Part shown: positions 1 through 8,171 of the stretch, in pieces
Layout: each line of letters opens with the position of its first letter
Numbering within the stretch: position 1 is the stretch's first letter
NCBI GenBank assembly: GCA_046046525.1
Contig: JBJOJQ010000001.1
Span: 1 to 56,466, forward strand
Length of the DNA stretch: 56,466 nt
DNA from: Pseudomonadota bacterium
GTDB taxonomy: Bacteria; Pseudomonadota; Alphaproteobacteria; Sphingomonadales; Sphingomonadaceae
Direction: 5' to 3'
The notes under the pieces: generated by a model
Database searches by the model: none
The model's input: the letters and a program-made list of their open reading frames with translations, nothing else
Told to the model about the DNA's origin: nothing
Made by a program: the position numbers and the translations under genes

Positions 1-2574
1 GGCTGCGGCATCAAGATCGCGGCTGTCATCTTCACCGGTCAACGGGTCGATATGCGTTGTCACAAAATCGGGCATCGGCGGCAGATCAGTCGGCAACTGG
101 ATCTGGAACTCGGCATGCGACAAAATGCGCGTCACATCCTCACGGATCGCAACCAGCATCCGCTCAAACAGCGCAAAGGCTTCGCGCTTATATTCGTTGA
201 TCGGGGTCTTTTGCGCATAAGCGCGCAGATGGATCACAGCACGCAGGGCATCAAGCGTTGCCAGATGCTCTTTCCAGTGGTGATCCAGCGATTGCAGCAG
301 AACACTTTTTTCGACCTGACGCCACATATCCGGCTCTAGCTCGGCCTGTTTGGCGGCCATCATGGCATCGGCTTGATCGCGGATGCGTTCCTCGATCATT
401 TCGGGTTCAATTTCGGCTTCGGTGACCCATGCCTCAACGGGCACATCCAGGCCAAAGACATTGAAAACACGGGTTTTCAGCCCCTCAATGTCCCATTGTT
501 CGGGGTAGCTGTTGGGCGGGCAGGCGTCACCGACCAAGGCGTTGATCGTTTCATGCCGCATATCGATCGTCACATCATCGACCGTTTCGGCATCCATGAT
601 GTCGCCACGCTGTTCATAAATGACCTTGCGCTGGTCATTCATCACATCGTCATATTCAACGACCTGCTTGCGGATGTCATAATTGCGGGCCTCAACCTTT
701 TTCTGGGCCGTTTCAATGGCTTTGGACAGCCACCGGGATCCAATGGCTTCCCCATCGGCCAGGTTGCTGTTCATCATCTTGGAAAACAGCGTGTCCGGGC
801 CAAAAATGCGCAACAGATCATCATCCAGGCACAGATAGAATTTGGTCCGGCCCGGATCCCCCTGACGGCCAGACCGGCCGCGCAGCTGGTTATCGATCCG
901 GCGGCTTTCATGGCGTTCCGTGCCGATGACGAACAGGCCGCCGGCTTCAAACACACGCTGCTTTTCGGCCTCTATCTCGGCCTTGATGCGCGCGATTTCC
1001 TTGTCCTTTTGGGGGCCATCTTCCAGCGTGGACAGCTCATCCTGAATGCGGAATTCCAGATTGCCGCCCAGCTGAATATCGGTGCCACGGCCGGCCATGT
1101 TGGTGGCGATCGTCACCGCGCCCAAACGCCCGGCCTGTGCCACGATATGGGCTTCCTGTTCATGGTAACGGGCGTTCAGAACATTGTGGTCCACGCCTTC
1201 TTTGTTCAGGAATTCAGACAGAAGCTCTGACTTTTCGATCGACACCGTCCCAACCAGTACGGGCTGGCCCTGGGACGCGCGTTCCTTGATCAGCTTGGCA
1301 ATGGCGCCAAATTTGTCGTGCGTGTTCTTGTAGAATTCATCCTCATCATCAATCCGCTTCACCGGCACATTGGTGGGGATGGTGACGACGTTCATCTTGT
1401 AGATGTCGAAGAATTCGCGCGCTTCGGTGGCGGCGGTGCCCGTCATGCCGCCCAGTTTTGGGTACATGCGGAAATAATTCTGGAAGGTGATGGATGCCAG
1501 CGTCTGATTTTCCGGCTCAATATTGACGCCTTCCTTGGCCTCAACCGCCTGATGCAGACCATCCGACCAGCGGCGCCCCTCCATCATGCGTCCGGTAAAT
1601 TCATCGATAATGACGACCTTACCATCTTTCACGATATAGTCGGTATCGCGCTTGAACATCACATTGGCCCGCAGCGCCTGGTTCAGATGGTGCACGACCT
1701 GTGTGTTTTCAAAATCATAGAGATTGGCGCCTTGCAGAAGCCCTGCGGATTCAAGCAGCCGTTCCGCCTTTTCCGTGCCGTCTTCGGTCAACACGATGGA
1801 GCGTTGTTTTTCGTCCTTTTCATAATCGCCATCGTCCAGTTGCTTCACGATCGCATCGACGCGCAGATAAAGGTCTGACTTGTCGTCGGTCGGCCCGGAA
1901 ATGATCAGCGGTGTGCGCGCTTCGTCGATAAGGATCGAATCGACTTCATCGACAATGGCATAGTTAAAGGGCCGCTGAACCATCTGGGCACGATCATACT
2001 TCATGTTATCGCGCAGATAATCAAAGCCGAATTCATTGTTCGTGCCATAGGTGATGTCCGACGCATAGGCCTGACGGCGCTGTTCGTCGGTCAAATTCGG
2101 CACGATCACGCCAACCGTCAGGCCCAAAAAGCGATAGACCTGCCCCATCCATTCAGCGTCACGCCGGGCAAGATAATCGTTAACGGTGATGACATGGACG
2201 CCCTTGCCCGGCAGCGCGTTCAAATAGGTTGCGGCCGTGGCAACCAGCGTCTTGCCTTCGCCGGTGCGCATTTCCGCAATCTCGCCGCGATGCAAGGCGA
2301 TGCCGCCGACTAGCTGAACATCATAATGGCGCTGCCCCAGCGTACGCTTGGCCGCTTCACGGACGGTTGCAAAGGCTTCGGGCAAAACAGCGTCAAGCGT
2401 TTCGCCCGCCTCCAGACGTGCGCGGAACACCTGCGTCTGATTTTGCAGGTCGGCATCGCTCAATGCCTGCATGGCGGCTTCATGGCTGTTGATCTTGTCA
2501 ACAATCTTCATGAGCGAACGGACGTAACGGTCGTTGGATGAGCCGAAAATGGATTTGGCGATCTTGCCGAACAT
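1..2574 (-). CDS. secA: Preprotein translocase ATPase SecA (3' end beyond window edge)
   Basis: Missing from the ORF track because it has no stop in the window. Manual translation from ATG 2574 gives [19 protein letters not shown]..., with [11 protein letters not shown] (Walker A) and [13 protein letters not shown]; ...[20 protein letters not shown] at position 1 is in the same frame. SD AAGGA upstream. Confidence 0.97.
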   Translation of the reverse strand, partial: MFGKIAKSIFGSSNDRYVRSLMKIVDKINSHEAAMQALSDADLQNQTQVFRARLEAGETLDAVLPEAFATVREAAKRTLGQRHYDVQLVGGIALHRGEIAEMRTGEGKTLVATAATYLNALPGKGVHVITVNDYLARRDAEWMGQVYRFLGLTVGVIVPNLTDEQRRQAYASDITYGTNNEFGFDYLRDNMKYDRAQMVQRPFNYAIVDEVDSILIDEARTPLIISGPTDDKSDLYLRVDAIVKQLDDGDYEKDEKQRSIVLTEDGTEKAERLLESAGLLQGANLYDFENTQVVHHLNQALRANVMFKRDTDYIVKDGKVVIIDEFTGRMMEGRRWSDGLHQAVEAKEGVNIEPENQTLASITFQNYFRMYPKLGGMTGTAATEAREFFDIYKMNVVTIPTNVPVKRIDDEDEFYKNTHDKFGAIAKLIKERASQGQPVLVGTVSIEKSELLSEFLNKEGVDHNVLNARYHEQEAHIVAQAGRLGAVTIATNMAGRGTDIQLGGNLEFRIQDELSTLEDGPQKDKEIARIKAEIEAEKQRVFEAGGLFVIGTERHESRRIDNQLRGRSGRQGDPGRTKFYLCLDDDLLRIFGPDTLFSKMMNSNLADGEAIGSRWLSKAIETAQKKVEARNYDIRKQVVEYDDVMNDQRKVIYEQRGDIMDAETVDDVTIDMRHETINALVGDACPPNSYPEQWDIEGLKTRVFNVFGLDVPVEAWVTEAEIEPEMIEERIRDQADAMMAAKQAELEPDMWRQVEKSVLLQSLDHHWKEHLATLDALRAVIHLRAYAQKTPINEYKREAFALFERMLVAIREDVTRILSHAEFQIQLPTDLPPMPDFVTTHIDPLTGEDDSRDLDAAA

Positions 2575-2657
2575 GGCGGTTTCCTTAATGAAATTGGGGC
2601 GTCAGCGCGGGGCGCGACGCAAGAACAGGGGGTGAAGGGGCCAATCTGGCGCGCGCG

Positions 2658-2927
2658 TCAGGCGCGGGGACGATCGGTCAGTTCAACAGGGGCTGTCGGC
2701 GCGATGGGCGCTGCAGACAGGCGGACGCCACCATGGGCCGGGGGCAGATGACCGGGGGACGCCAAAAAAGCCTGATGGACCAGCGGCTGGCGCGACGGTG
2801 CAACGGCAATAGCGGCCATTGGCTGCGACACAGCACCCACGGCGATCGGCTCGGCCAACACCGCACGGTTCGCCTGCGCGGGCGAAAATCCGGCCAAAAG
2901 GGCCACAAGATAAAGAAAAAGCCGCAT
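2658..2927 (-). CDS. Small secreted Pro/Ala-rich protein directly upstream of secA (candidate SecM-like leader/arrest peptide), 89 aa
   Basis: MRLFLYLVALLAGFSPAQA is a typical Sec signal peptide with an AQA cleavage motif. Co-oriented with secA; stop lies 83 nt before the secA ATG. GGACAGGA and a sigma70-like promoter lie just upstream, favouring ATG 2927 over the track start at 2978. Confidence 0.7.
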   Translation of the reverse strand: MRLFLYLVALLAGFSPAQANRAVLAEPIAVGAVSQPMAAIAVAPSRQPLVHQAFLASPGHLPPAHGGVRLSAAPIAPTAPVELTDRPRA

Positions 2928-2949
2928 CAATCCTGTCCGTTGACGCTGG

Positions 2950-2977
2950 ATATAGGGGGCGAACCCCGCGCCGTCCA
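2950..2977 (-). promoter_or_regulatory. Putative sigma70-type promoter for the leader-secA transcript
   Basis: Minus strand TGGACG-N16-CTATAT, similar to the alphaproteobacterial housekeeping consensus, ending ~22 nt before ATG 2927. Confidence 0.5.
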
Positions 2978-3080
2978 TCCCAGCCTAGCGCCGGATGCCT
3001 AAGATTTGGTGGAAAGATTGCACGCCCCCCAGGCGCTGCCAGAGTTGAACCGGGCGATGCGAACGGTTACTGCCCGGCGC

Positions 3081-4307
3081 ATGAGCACCGCCATTTCCCC
3101 CCTTGCCCGCCCGTTTCCGGATCTGCCCTCCATTGCCGGGGTCACGCCGCGCGTTGCGCGGGCGCAGTATAAGGCCTGGGATCGTGCTGATCTCAGCTTT
3201 GTGACGCTGGATGCCGGCACGGTGGTTGCCGGGGTGACCACGCAAAGCAAATGCCCGTCTCCCGAAGTCGAATGGTGCCGGGCGCACCTGCCCGGCGGCA
3301 CGGCGCGCGCGCTGGTCGTCAGCGCGGGCAATGCCAATGCCTTTACCGGGCATAAGGGGCGCGCCGCGGTGGAGGCCATCACGGCCAAGGTCGCCGGCCA
3401 ATTGGGCTGTCGCGCGCAAGAGGTATTTGTGTCGGCCACAGGCGTCATTGGCGTGCCGCTGCCCATCGACAAGGCAGAAGCGGGGCTGGACGCCGCCTTT
3501 GCCGCACCGCCCTGTTCCTGGGCCGATATTGCCGCGGCGATTTCGACGACCGACACCTTCCCCAAAGGCGCCATGACGCAGGCCATGATTGGCGACACGA
3601 TGGTCACGCTGATCGGCGTCATCAAGGGATCGGGCATGATCGCGCCGGATATGGCAACGATGCTCGGCTATATCTTCACCGATGCCGCGATCAGCCCGGC
3701 GTTGCTGCAAGACATGCTGAGTGCCGCCAACAAGACGAGCTTTTCGTGCATCACTGTGGATAGCGATACCTCAACATCAGATACCGTACTGGCCTTTGCG
3801 ACGGGGGCAGCCCAGCACGCGCCCTTGGTGAACCACGATATGCCGGGGGCCGATGCCTTTGCCGCCGCCTTGACCGATTTGTGCCGCCAATTGGCGCATC
3901 TTGTGGTGCGCGATGGCGAAGGGGCCCGCAAATTCATTGAAATCACGGTGGACGGTGCCGTGTCAGACCCCAGCGCCCAGCGCATTGCGATGAGCATCGC
4001 AAATTCGCCGCTCGTCAAAACGGCCATTGCCGGGGAAGATGCCAATTGGGGCCGGGTTGTCATGGCCGTGGGCAAAGCGGGTGAGCCGGCCGAACGCGAT
4101 CTTTTGGCCATTCGTTTTGGCACGACGCAGGTCGCACAGGGCGGCCTGCCGGTTGAAGGCTATGATGAAACCCCGGTCGCTGCCCATTTGAAGGGGGAGG
4201 ATATCAGCATCGGCGTTGATCTTGGCCTCGGCACAGGCCGCGCCACGGTTTGGACGTGCGATCTGACCCACGGCTATATCAGCATCAACGCCGATTACCG
4301 CAGCTAA
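3081..4307 (+). CDS. argJ: Bifunctional glutamate N-acetyltransferase/ornithine acetyltransferase ArgJ
   Basis: KGSGMIAPDMATML autoproteolysis motif, AGNANAFTG, DSDTSTSDT, DGEGA, DANWGR, C-terminal WTCDLTHGYISINADYRS. Start taken at MSTAISPLA. Confidence 0.96.
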   Translation: MSTAISPLARPFPDLPSIAGVTPRVARAQYKAWDRADLSFVTLDAGTVVAGVTTQSKCPSPEVEWCRAHLPGGTARALVVSAGNANAFTGHKGRAAVEAITAKVAGQLGCRAQEVFVSATGVIGVPLPIDKAEAGLDAAFAAPPCSWADIAAAISTTDTFPKGAMTQAMIGDTMVTLIGVIKGSGMIAPDMATMLGYIFTDAAISPALLQDMLSAANKTSFSCITVDSDTSTSDTVLAFATGAAQHAPLVNHDMPGADAFAAALTDLCRQLAHLVVRDGEGARKFIEITVDGAVSDPSAQRIAMSIANSPLVKTAIAGEDANWGRVVMAVGKAGEPAERDLLAIRFGTTQVAQGGLPVEGYDETPVAAHLKGEDISIGVDLGLGTGRATVWTCDLTHGYISINADYRS

Positions 4308-4323
4308 ACGTCCAGACAGGCTG

Positions 4324-4351
4324 CCGCTGCACCCCTTGGGGGATGCAGCGG
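4324..4351. terminator. Hairpin between convergent argJ and trxA (probable bidirectional terminator)
   Basis: CCGCTGCA-CCCC-TT-GGGGG-A-TGCAGCGG inverted repeat; U-tracts weak. Confidence 0.55.
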
Positions 4352-4361
4352 AAACCGGCTG

Positions 4362-4682
4362 TTAAAGTTCAGATTCAATCCAGCCCTTCAGCGCCGATTT
4401 GGGCGCGGCGCCCACTTTGGTGGCGGCAGGCTGACCATTTTTGAACAGGATCATCGTCGGAATGCCGCGCACGCCATATTTGGCCGGGGCATCTGGATTG
4501 TCATCGATATTGATCTTGGCGATGGTCACCTTGCCCGCCAGTTCCTCAGAGATTTCTTCCAGGCTTGGGCCAATCATCTTGCACGGACCGCACCATTCGG
4601 CCCAAAAATCAACGAGCACGGGCTCTCCCGCGTTCAAAACGTCAGTCGCAAAACTTGCATCGGTGATGGCCTTGGTGGGCAT
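4362..4682 (-). CDS. trxA: Thioredoxin
   Basis: [16 protein letters not shown] active site, RGIPT. Start MPTKAITD follows a GGAG SD; 106 aa. Confidence 0.97.
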   Translation of the reverse strand: MPTKAITDASFATDVLNAGEPVLVDFWAEWCGPCKMIGPSLEEISEELAGKVTIAKINIDDNPDAPAKYGVRGIPTMILFKNGQPAATKVGAAPKSALKGWIESEL

Positions 4683-4760
4683 GGACAGATTCTCCTTCGT
4701 ACAGGGGCGAATGTAAGCCTTTGATCGGCTGATCTCAACCAGCCTTAGGGACAAGATTTG

Positions 4761-7700
4761 CTATGGGGGGCTATGGCCCGGACGCCAGGCCGCCAACACA
4801 TCGGCGGGCAGTTCAATCAAACTTGGCCCGGCTGTATACAGCAAAACCGCCCGCACCTGACGCCCCGGAAAAATCCCTTGCAGCACGGCGGCATAGGCCC
4901 CCATCTGGGCCTTGTAATAATTGGGCACAGCCCCGGCATGACTGGGCACATGGCGCCCGGTCTTAAAGTCGACGACCGTGATTGCCTCTGGCGTGACCAG
5001 CAGGCGATCGACAATGCCGGCAATGACTTGGCCATCGACAACACCTGCAAGCGGCGCCTCTGCCAAAGCGTCCGGCGCAAAGACATGGGCAAGATCAGGA
5101 TCGCTGATGACCGCCAGCGCAGCCGTGATCAGCGCCTCTGGCTCTGGCGCTTGCTGGCTTTCCAGCCATGACAGGCCAACCTGCCGGCGGGCCTCTGGCG
5201 CCACCGCAGGCAGCCGTTCAAACAGCGCATGAAGCCATGTCCCGCGCTGGGCAGCTACGCGCATCGCCGGGTCGGGCGGCGGGCTGCTGGCCATATCCGG
5301 CACGCCCAGGGACGATGGGGACAGCGGCCGGGCGGGACGCGCCTCTTCAGGTGCGCTTTGCCGGGCCCATGGCGGGATATCCCCCGGCCATTGCGCCACA
5401 TCAGCGCCTGCACGGGGCGTTTTGGCGCGCGCGCCGGGGCGGTGGAGGATCAGCGCGCCGTCTTCTGTGCGGACAACATCGGCCATTTGGGCCATGCTGT
5501 CTTCAATCCGGCGATGCCAGCAATTCTCACCGATCCCATTTTTCATCTGGCTCGGCTTTTTGGCGCCGCAAATGTACAAGCGTTCCTCGGCGCGCGTCAT
5601 CGCCACATAGAGCAGCCGCCAATGTTCCTGCTGTTCCTTCTTGTCCTGCGCCTCTGCGCCGGGCCGCAGCGCATCAACCATATCCTCTTTCTTCGGGCGG
5701 AACAGCGGCACCGAGTGGTCATCATCCGCCTGCAACTCGATATCGGGCTTTAGCCTGAATTTGGGGTCGGCCGTGGCATCGGCCAGAATGACGATGGGGG
5801 CCTGCAAGCCCTTGGCGCCATGCACCGTCATCACGCGCACCGCATTTTCGCGCTTTGAGGAATCGCGTTTAATGTCGACATTGCCGCTGCTGAACCAGTC
5901 CAGAAACAGCTGCAATGACGGCGTATGCGCCGCTTCAAACTGCAAGGCGGCGTTCAACAATTCCTCAATCGGGTCGCGGGCTTCCTCCCCCAATCGCGTC
6001 AGGATCTTGCGGCGCCCGCCGATCGGGCCAGACAAAATCGCCTCTAAAAAGGCATAAGGCGTGGTGCGATCCGCCATATCCAGCAACTGGCGCAGCACCG
6101 CCAGATCATCCTCGGCACAGGTCGCCCGCAAATGCGGCCACAAGGCGGTTCTGCGACCAAAAGCGCGGGCATAAAGATCATCTTGGGACCAGCCCATCAG
6201 CGGGGAAACCAGGATGCTTGCCAGCGCAAGATCATCGCCCGGTTGAAGGACAAAGCGGATACAGGCCATCAGGTCCTGCACCGCAATTGGGGCATGAAGC
6301 TGCAACCGATCCACCCCGGCAACCGGCACTTTTTCCTCGTAAAGCCGCGACACGATCAACCGGGCGAGTTCATTGCGGCTACGCAGCAAAATCATGACAT
6401 CGCCGGGCTCTGCCAGACGCCCTTCCTTATCGAGGAACAGGCCCCCGGTCGTCCAGTCGCGCACTTGCTTTGCCAGGCGTTCCGCCAGGATCAGCTCAGC
6501 CGGGGCCAGCCAGGTCTCTTCCTCATCCTCGACCGCGTCGCTTTCCTCATCGCCCTCAATCGCGGCCACCGCCGGCATCACCTCCACATAGCCGCCATGC
6601 TTTTGCGCGCTAACATGGCGCTGCAACGGATGGGGCAGGCCAAGATTATCCTCACCCAAATCGGTCAGAACCGCATCAACGACATCCAAAATCGGCTGGC
6701 TGGACCGGAAGGATTTGTTGATGGATGGCGTTTCAAAATCCTGCCCGGCGGCATCCACCCATTGCCGGAAGTCAGCGCCGGCTTCTTCAAATTTCTCTGG
6801 ATTTGTGCCCTGAAATCCGAAAATGGCCTGTTTGAAATCACCAACGGCAAAAATGGTGCGCAGCCGATCTGCCTTTGCGCCTTCGCCGACGAAAAACTCC
6901 CCGGACAGCGCCCTGACGATATCCCATTGATCGGCATTGGTATCTTGCGCTTCATCAACCAGAATATGGTCGATCGACTGATCCAGCTTATACCGGATCC
7001 AGTCACCAATGCCGTCTGTTTTCAAAACGCGCAGCGTCGCCCGGATGAGGTCATTAAAATCGACGACGCCTGCGGCCCGCTTTGTTTCGCCATAGATGCG
7101 GGCATAATCCTGCCCCAGTTCAAGCGCTGCCGACACCGCAGGGACCAGCGCCAGCGCCCGTTTCTTGTCGAGGACATCAAGAAGCCAGCGGTCAAGCGCT
7201 TCGACGGCCGTGGCATAGCCGGGCGCATCCGGGGTCTTTGTGCGGAATGTGCCTTTTTGCGTCATCCAGGCGGTGCGCAGATCCTCCAGCGTTGCGACGC
7301 GATGGACGGCATCCTGCAACAGCCAGTTGCGCACGACAGCGGCAGAGTTTCGGCCCTGCACAGTGGTTTCGCCCTGCGTCGTCGTCCATGCCATATTGGC
7401 ATCGCGAACAAAGGCCAGCCGTTCGATATCGCACAGCGCGTCTGAACAGCGGGCCTCCAACCAGCCCTGAATATCATCAATCCCGCCCGACAAAAGCCGC
7501 CGGGCCACCGCGTCCATATCGCCTGTGCCCAACAACTCCATGGCATCGGGCACCTGGGCACAGCGATCCAGCAGGCGCCGGGTTGCGGCCTCGCCAATGC
7601 GCCGGGCCAGCAGCTTCAGCCGGTCGATCGTGCCCAGCCGCCCCTGCTTTTCTGCCATGGTGACAAGCGCGCCCAGCGCCTGTTGACGCAGTTGCAACTC

Positions 7701-8171
7701 TTCACGCCCTTCAATCGGCCGAAAGCCGACCGGCAGGCCCGCCTCAGCCGGAAAGGCAGCGAGCACGGTCTGCGCAAAGCTGTGAATGGTTTGAATGCGC
7801 AAGCCACCGCCACGCGCGTCGAGAACCTTGGCAAATAACTGCCGCGCAACCGTCAGCCGATCGCCAAGATGCGGCTCACCCAGGGCTGACAGCTCCTTTC
7901 TCAACGTCTTTTCGGGCAAGGTGACCCAAGCCCCCAGACGGTCATGGATGCGGTCCGCCATTTCGGCCGCCCCCGCCTTGGTAAAGGTGAGGCACAGGAT
8001 CGAGTCGGGATCGGCATCATTGAGCAGCAGGCGCAGCACCCGTGCCGTCAGCACCTGTGTTTTGCCAGCACCCGCCGAGGCCGACAGCCAAATTTGCCCA
8101 TCCGGACGCGAGGCGGTGGCCTGTTCTGCCTCCAAATCGGGCAGCGGCTGAAAGGCGCGGAGCTTTGCCAT
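4761..8171 (-). CDS. addA: Double-strand break repair helicase/nuclease AddA
   Basis: UvrD-type ASAGAGKT, CLTFTKAGAAEM, LVDEAQDT, VMTVHGAKGLQ, LLYVAMTRAE; C-terminal nuclease GIVDRL...VDFKTG. Start overlaps the addB stop (TGATG). Confidence 0.96.
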   Translation of the reverse strand: MAKLRAFQPLPDLEAEQATASRPDGQIWLSASAGAGKTQVLTARVLRLLLNDADPDSILCLTFTKAGAAEMADRIHDRLGAWVTLPEKTLRKELSALGEPHLGDRLTVARQLFAKVLDARGGGLRIQTIHSFAQTVLAAFPAEAGLPVGFRPIEGREELQLRQQALGALVTMAEKQGRLGTIDRLKLLARRIGEAATRRLLDRCAQVPDAMELLGTGDMDAVARRLLSGGIDDIQGWLEARCSDALCDIERLAFVRDANMAWTTTQGETTVQGRNSAAVVRNWLLQDAVHRVATLEDLRTAWMTQKGTFRTKTPDAPGYATAVEALDRWLLDVLDKKRALALVPAVSAALELGQDYARIYGETKRAAGVVDFNDLIRATLRVLKTDGIGDWIRYKLDQSIDHILVDEAQDTNADQWDIVRALSGEFFVGEGAKADRLRTIFAVGDFKQAIFGFQGTNPEKFEEAGADFRQWVDAAGQDFETPSINKSFRSSQPILDVVDAVLTDLGEDNLGLPHPLQRHVSAQKHGGYVEVMPAVAAIEGDEESDAVEDEEETWLAPAELILAERLAKQVRDWTTGGLFLDKEGRLAEPGDVMILLRSRNELARLIVSRLYEEKVPVAGVDRLQLHAPIAVQDLMACIRFVLQPGDDLALASILVSPLMGWSQDDLYARAFGRRTALWPHLRATCAEDDLAVLRQLLDMADRTTPYAFLEAILSGPIGGRRKILTRLGEEARDPIEELLNAALQFEAAHTPSLQLFLDWFSSGNVDIKRDSSKRENAVRVMTVHGAKGLQAPIVILADATADPKFRLKPDIELQADDDHSVPLFRPKKEDMVDALRPGAEAQDKKEQQEHWRLLYVAMTRAEERLYICGAKKPSQMKNGIGENCWHRRIEDSMAQMADVVRTEDGALILHRPGARAKTPRAGADVAQWPGDIPPWARQSAPEEARPARPLSPSSLGVPDMASSPPPDPAMRVAAQRGTWLHALFERLPAVAPEARRQVGLSWLESQQAPEPEALITAALAVISDPDLAHVFAPDALAEAPLAGVVDGQVIAGIVDRLLVTPEAITVVDFKTGRHVPSHAGAVPNYYKAQMGAYAAVLQGIFPGRQVRAVLLYTAGPSLIELPADVLAAWRPGHSPP

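Noticed and set aside
52-2541. Plus-strand ORFs 52-339, 373-1230, 1318-1878 and 2326-2541
   Set aside because: Antisense shadows in register with secA codons; the minus-strand frame is clearly SecA.
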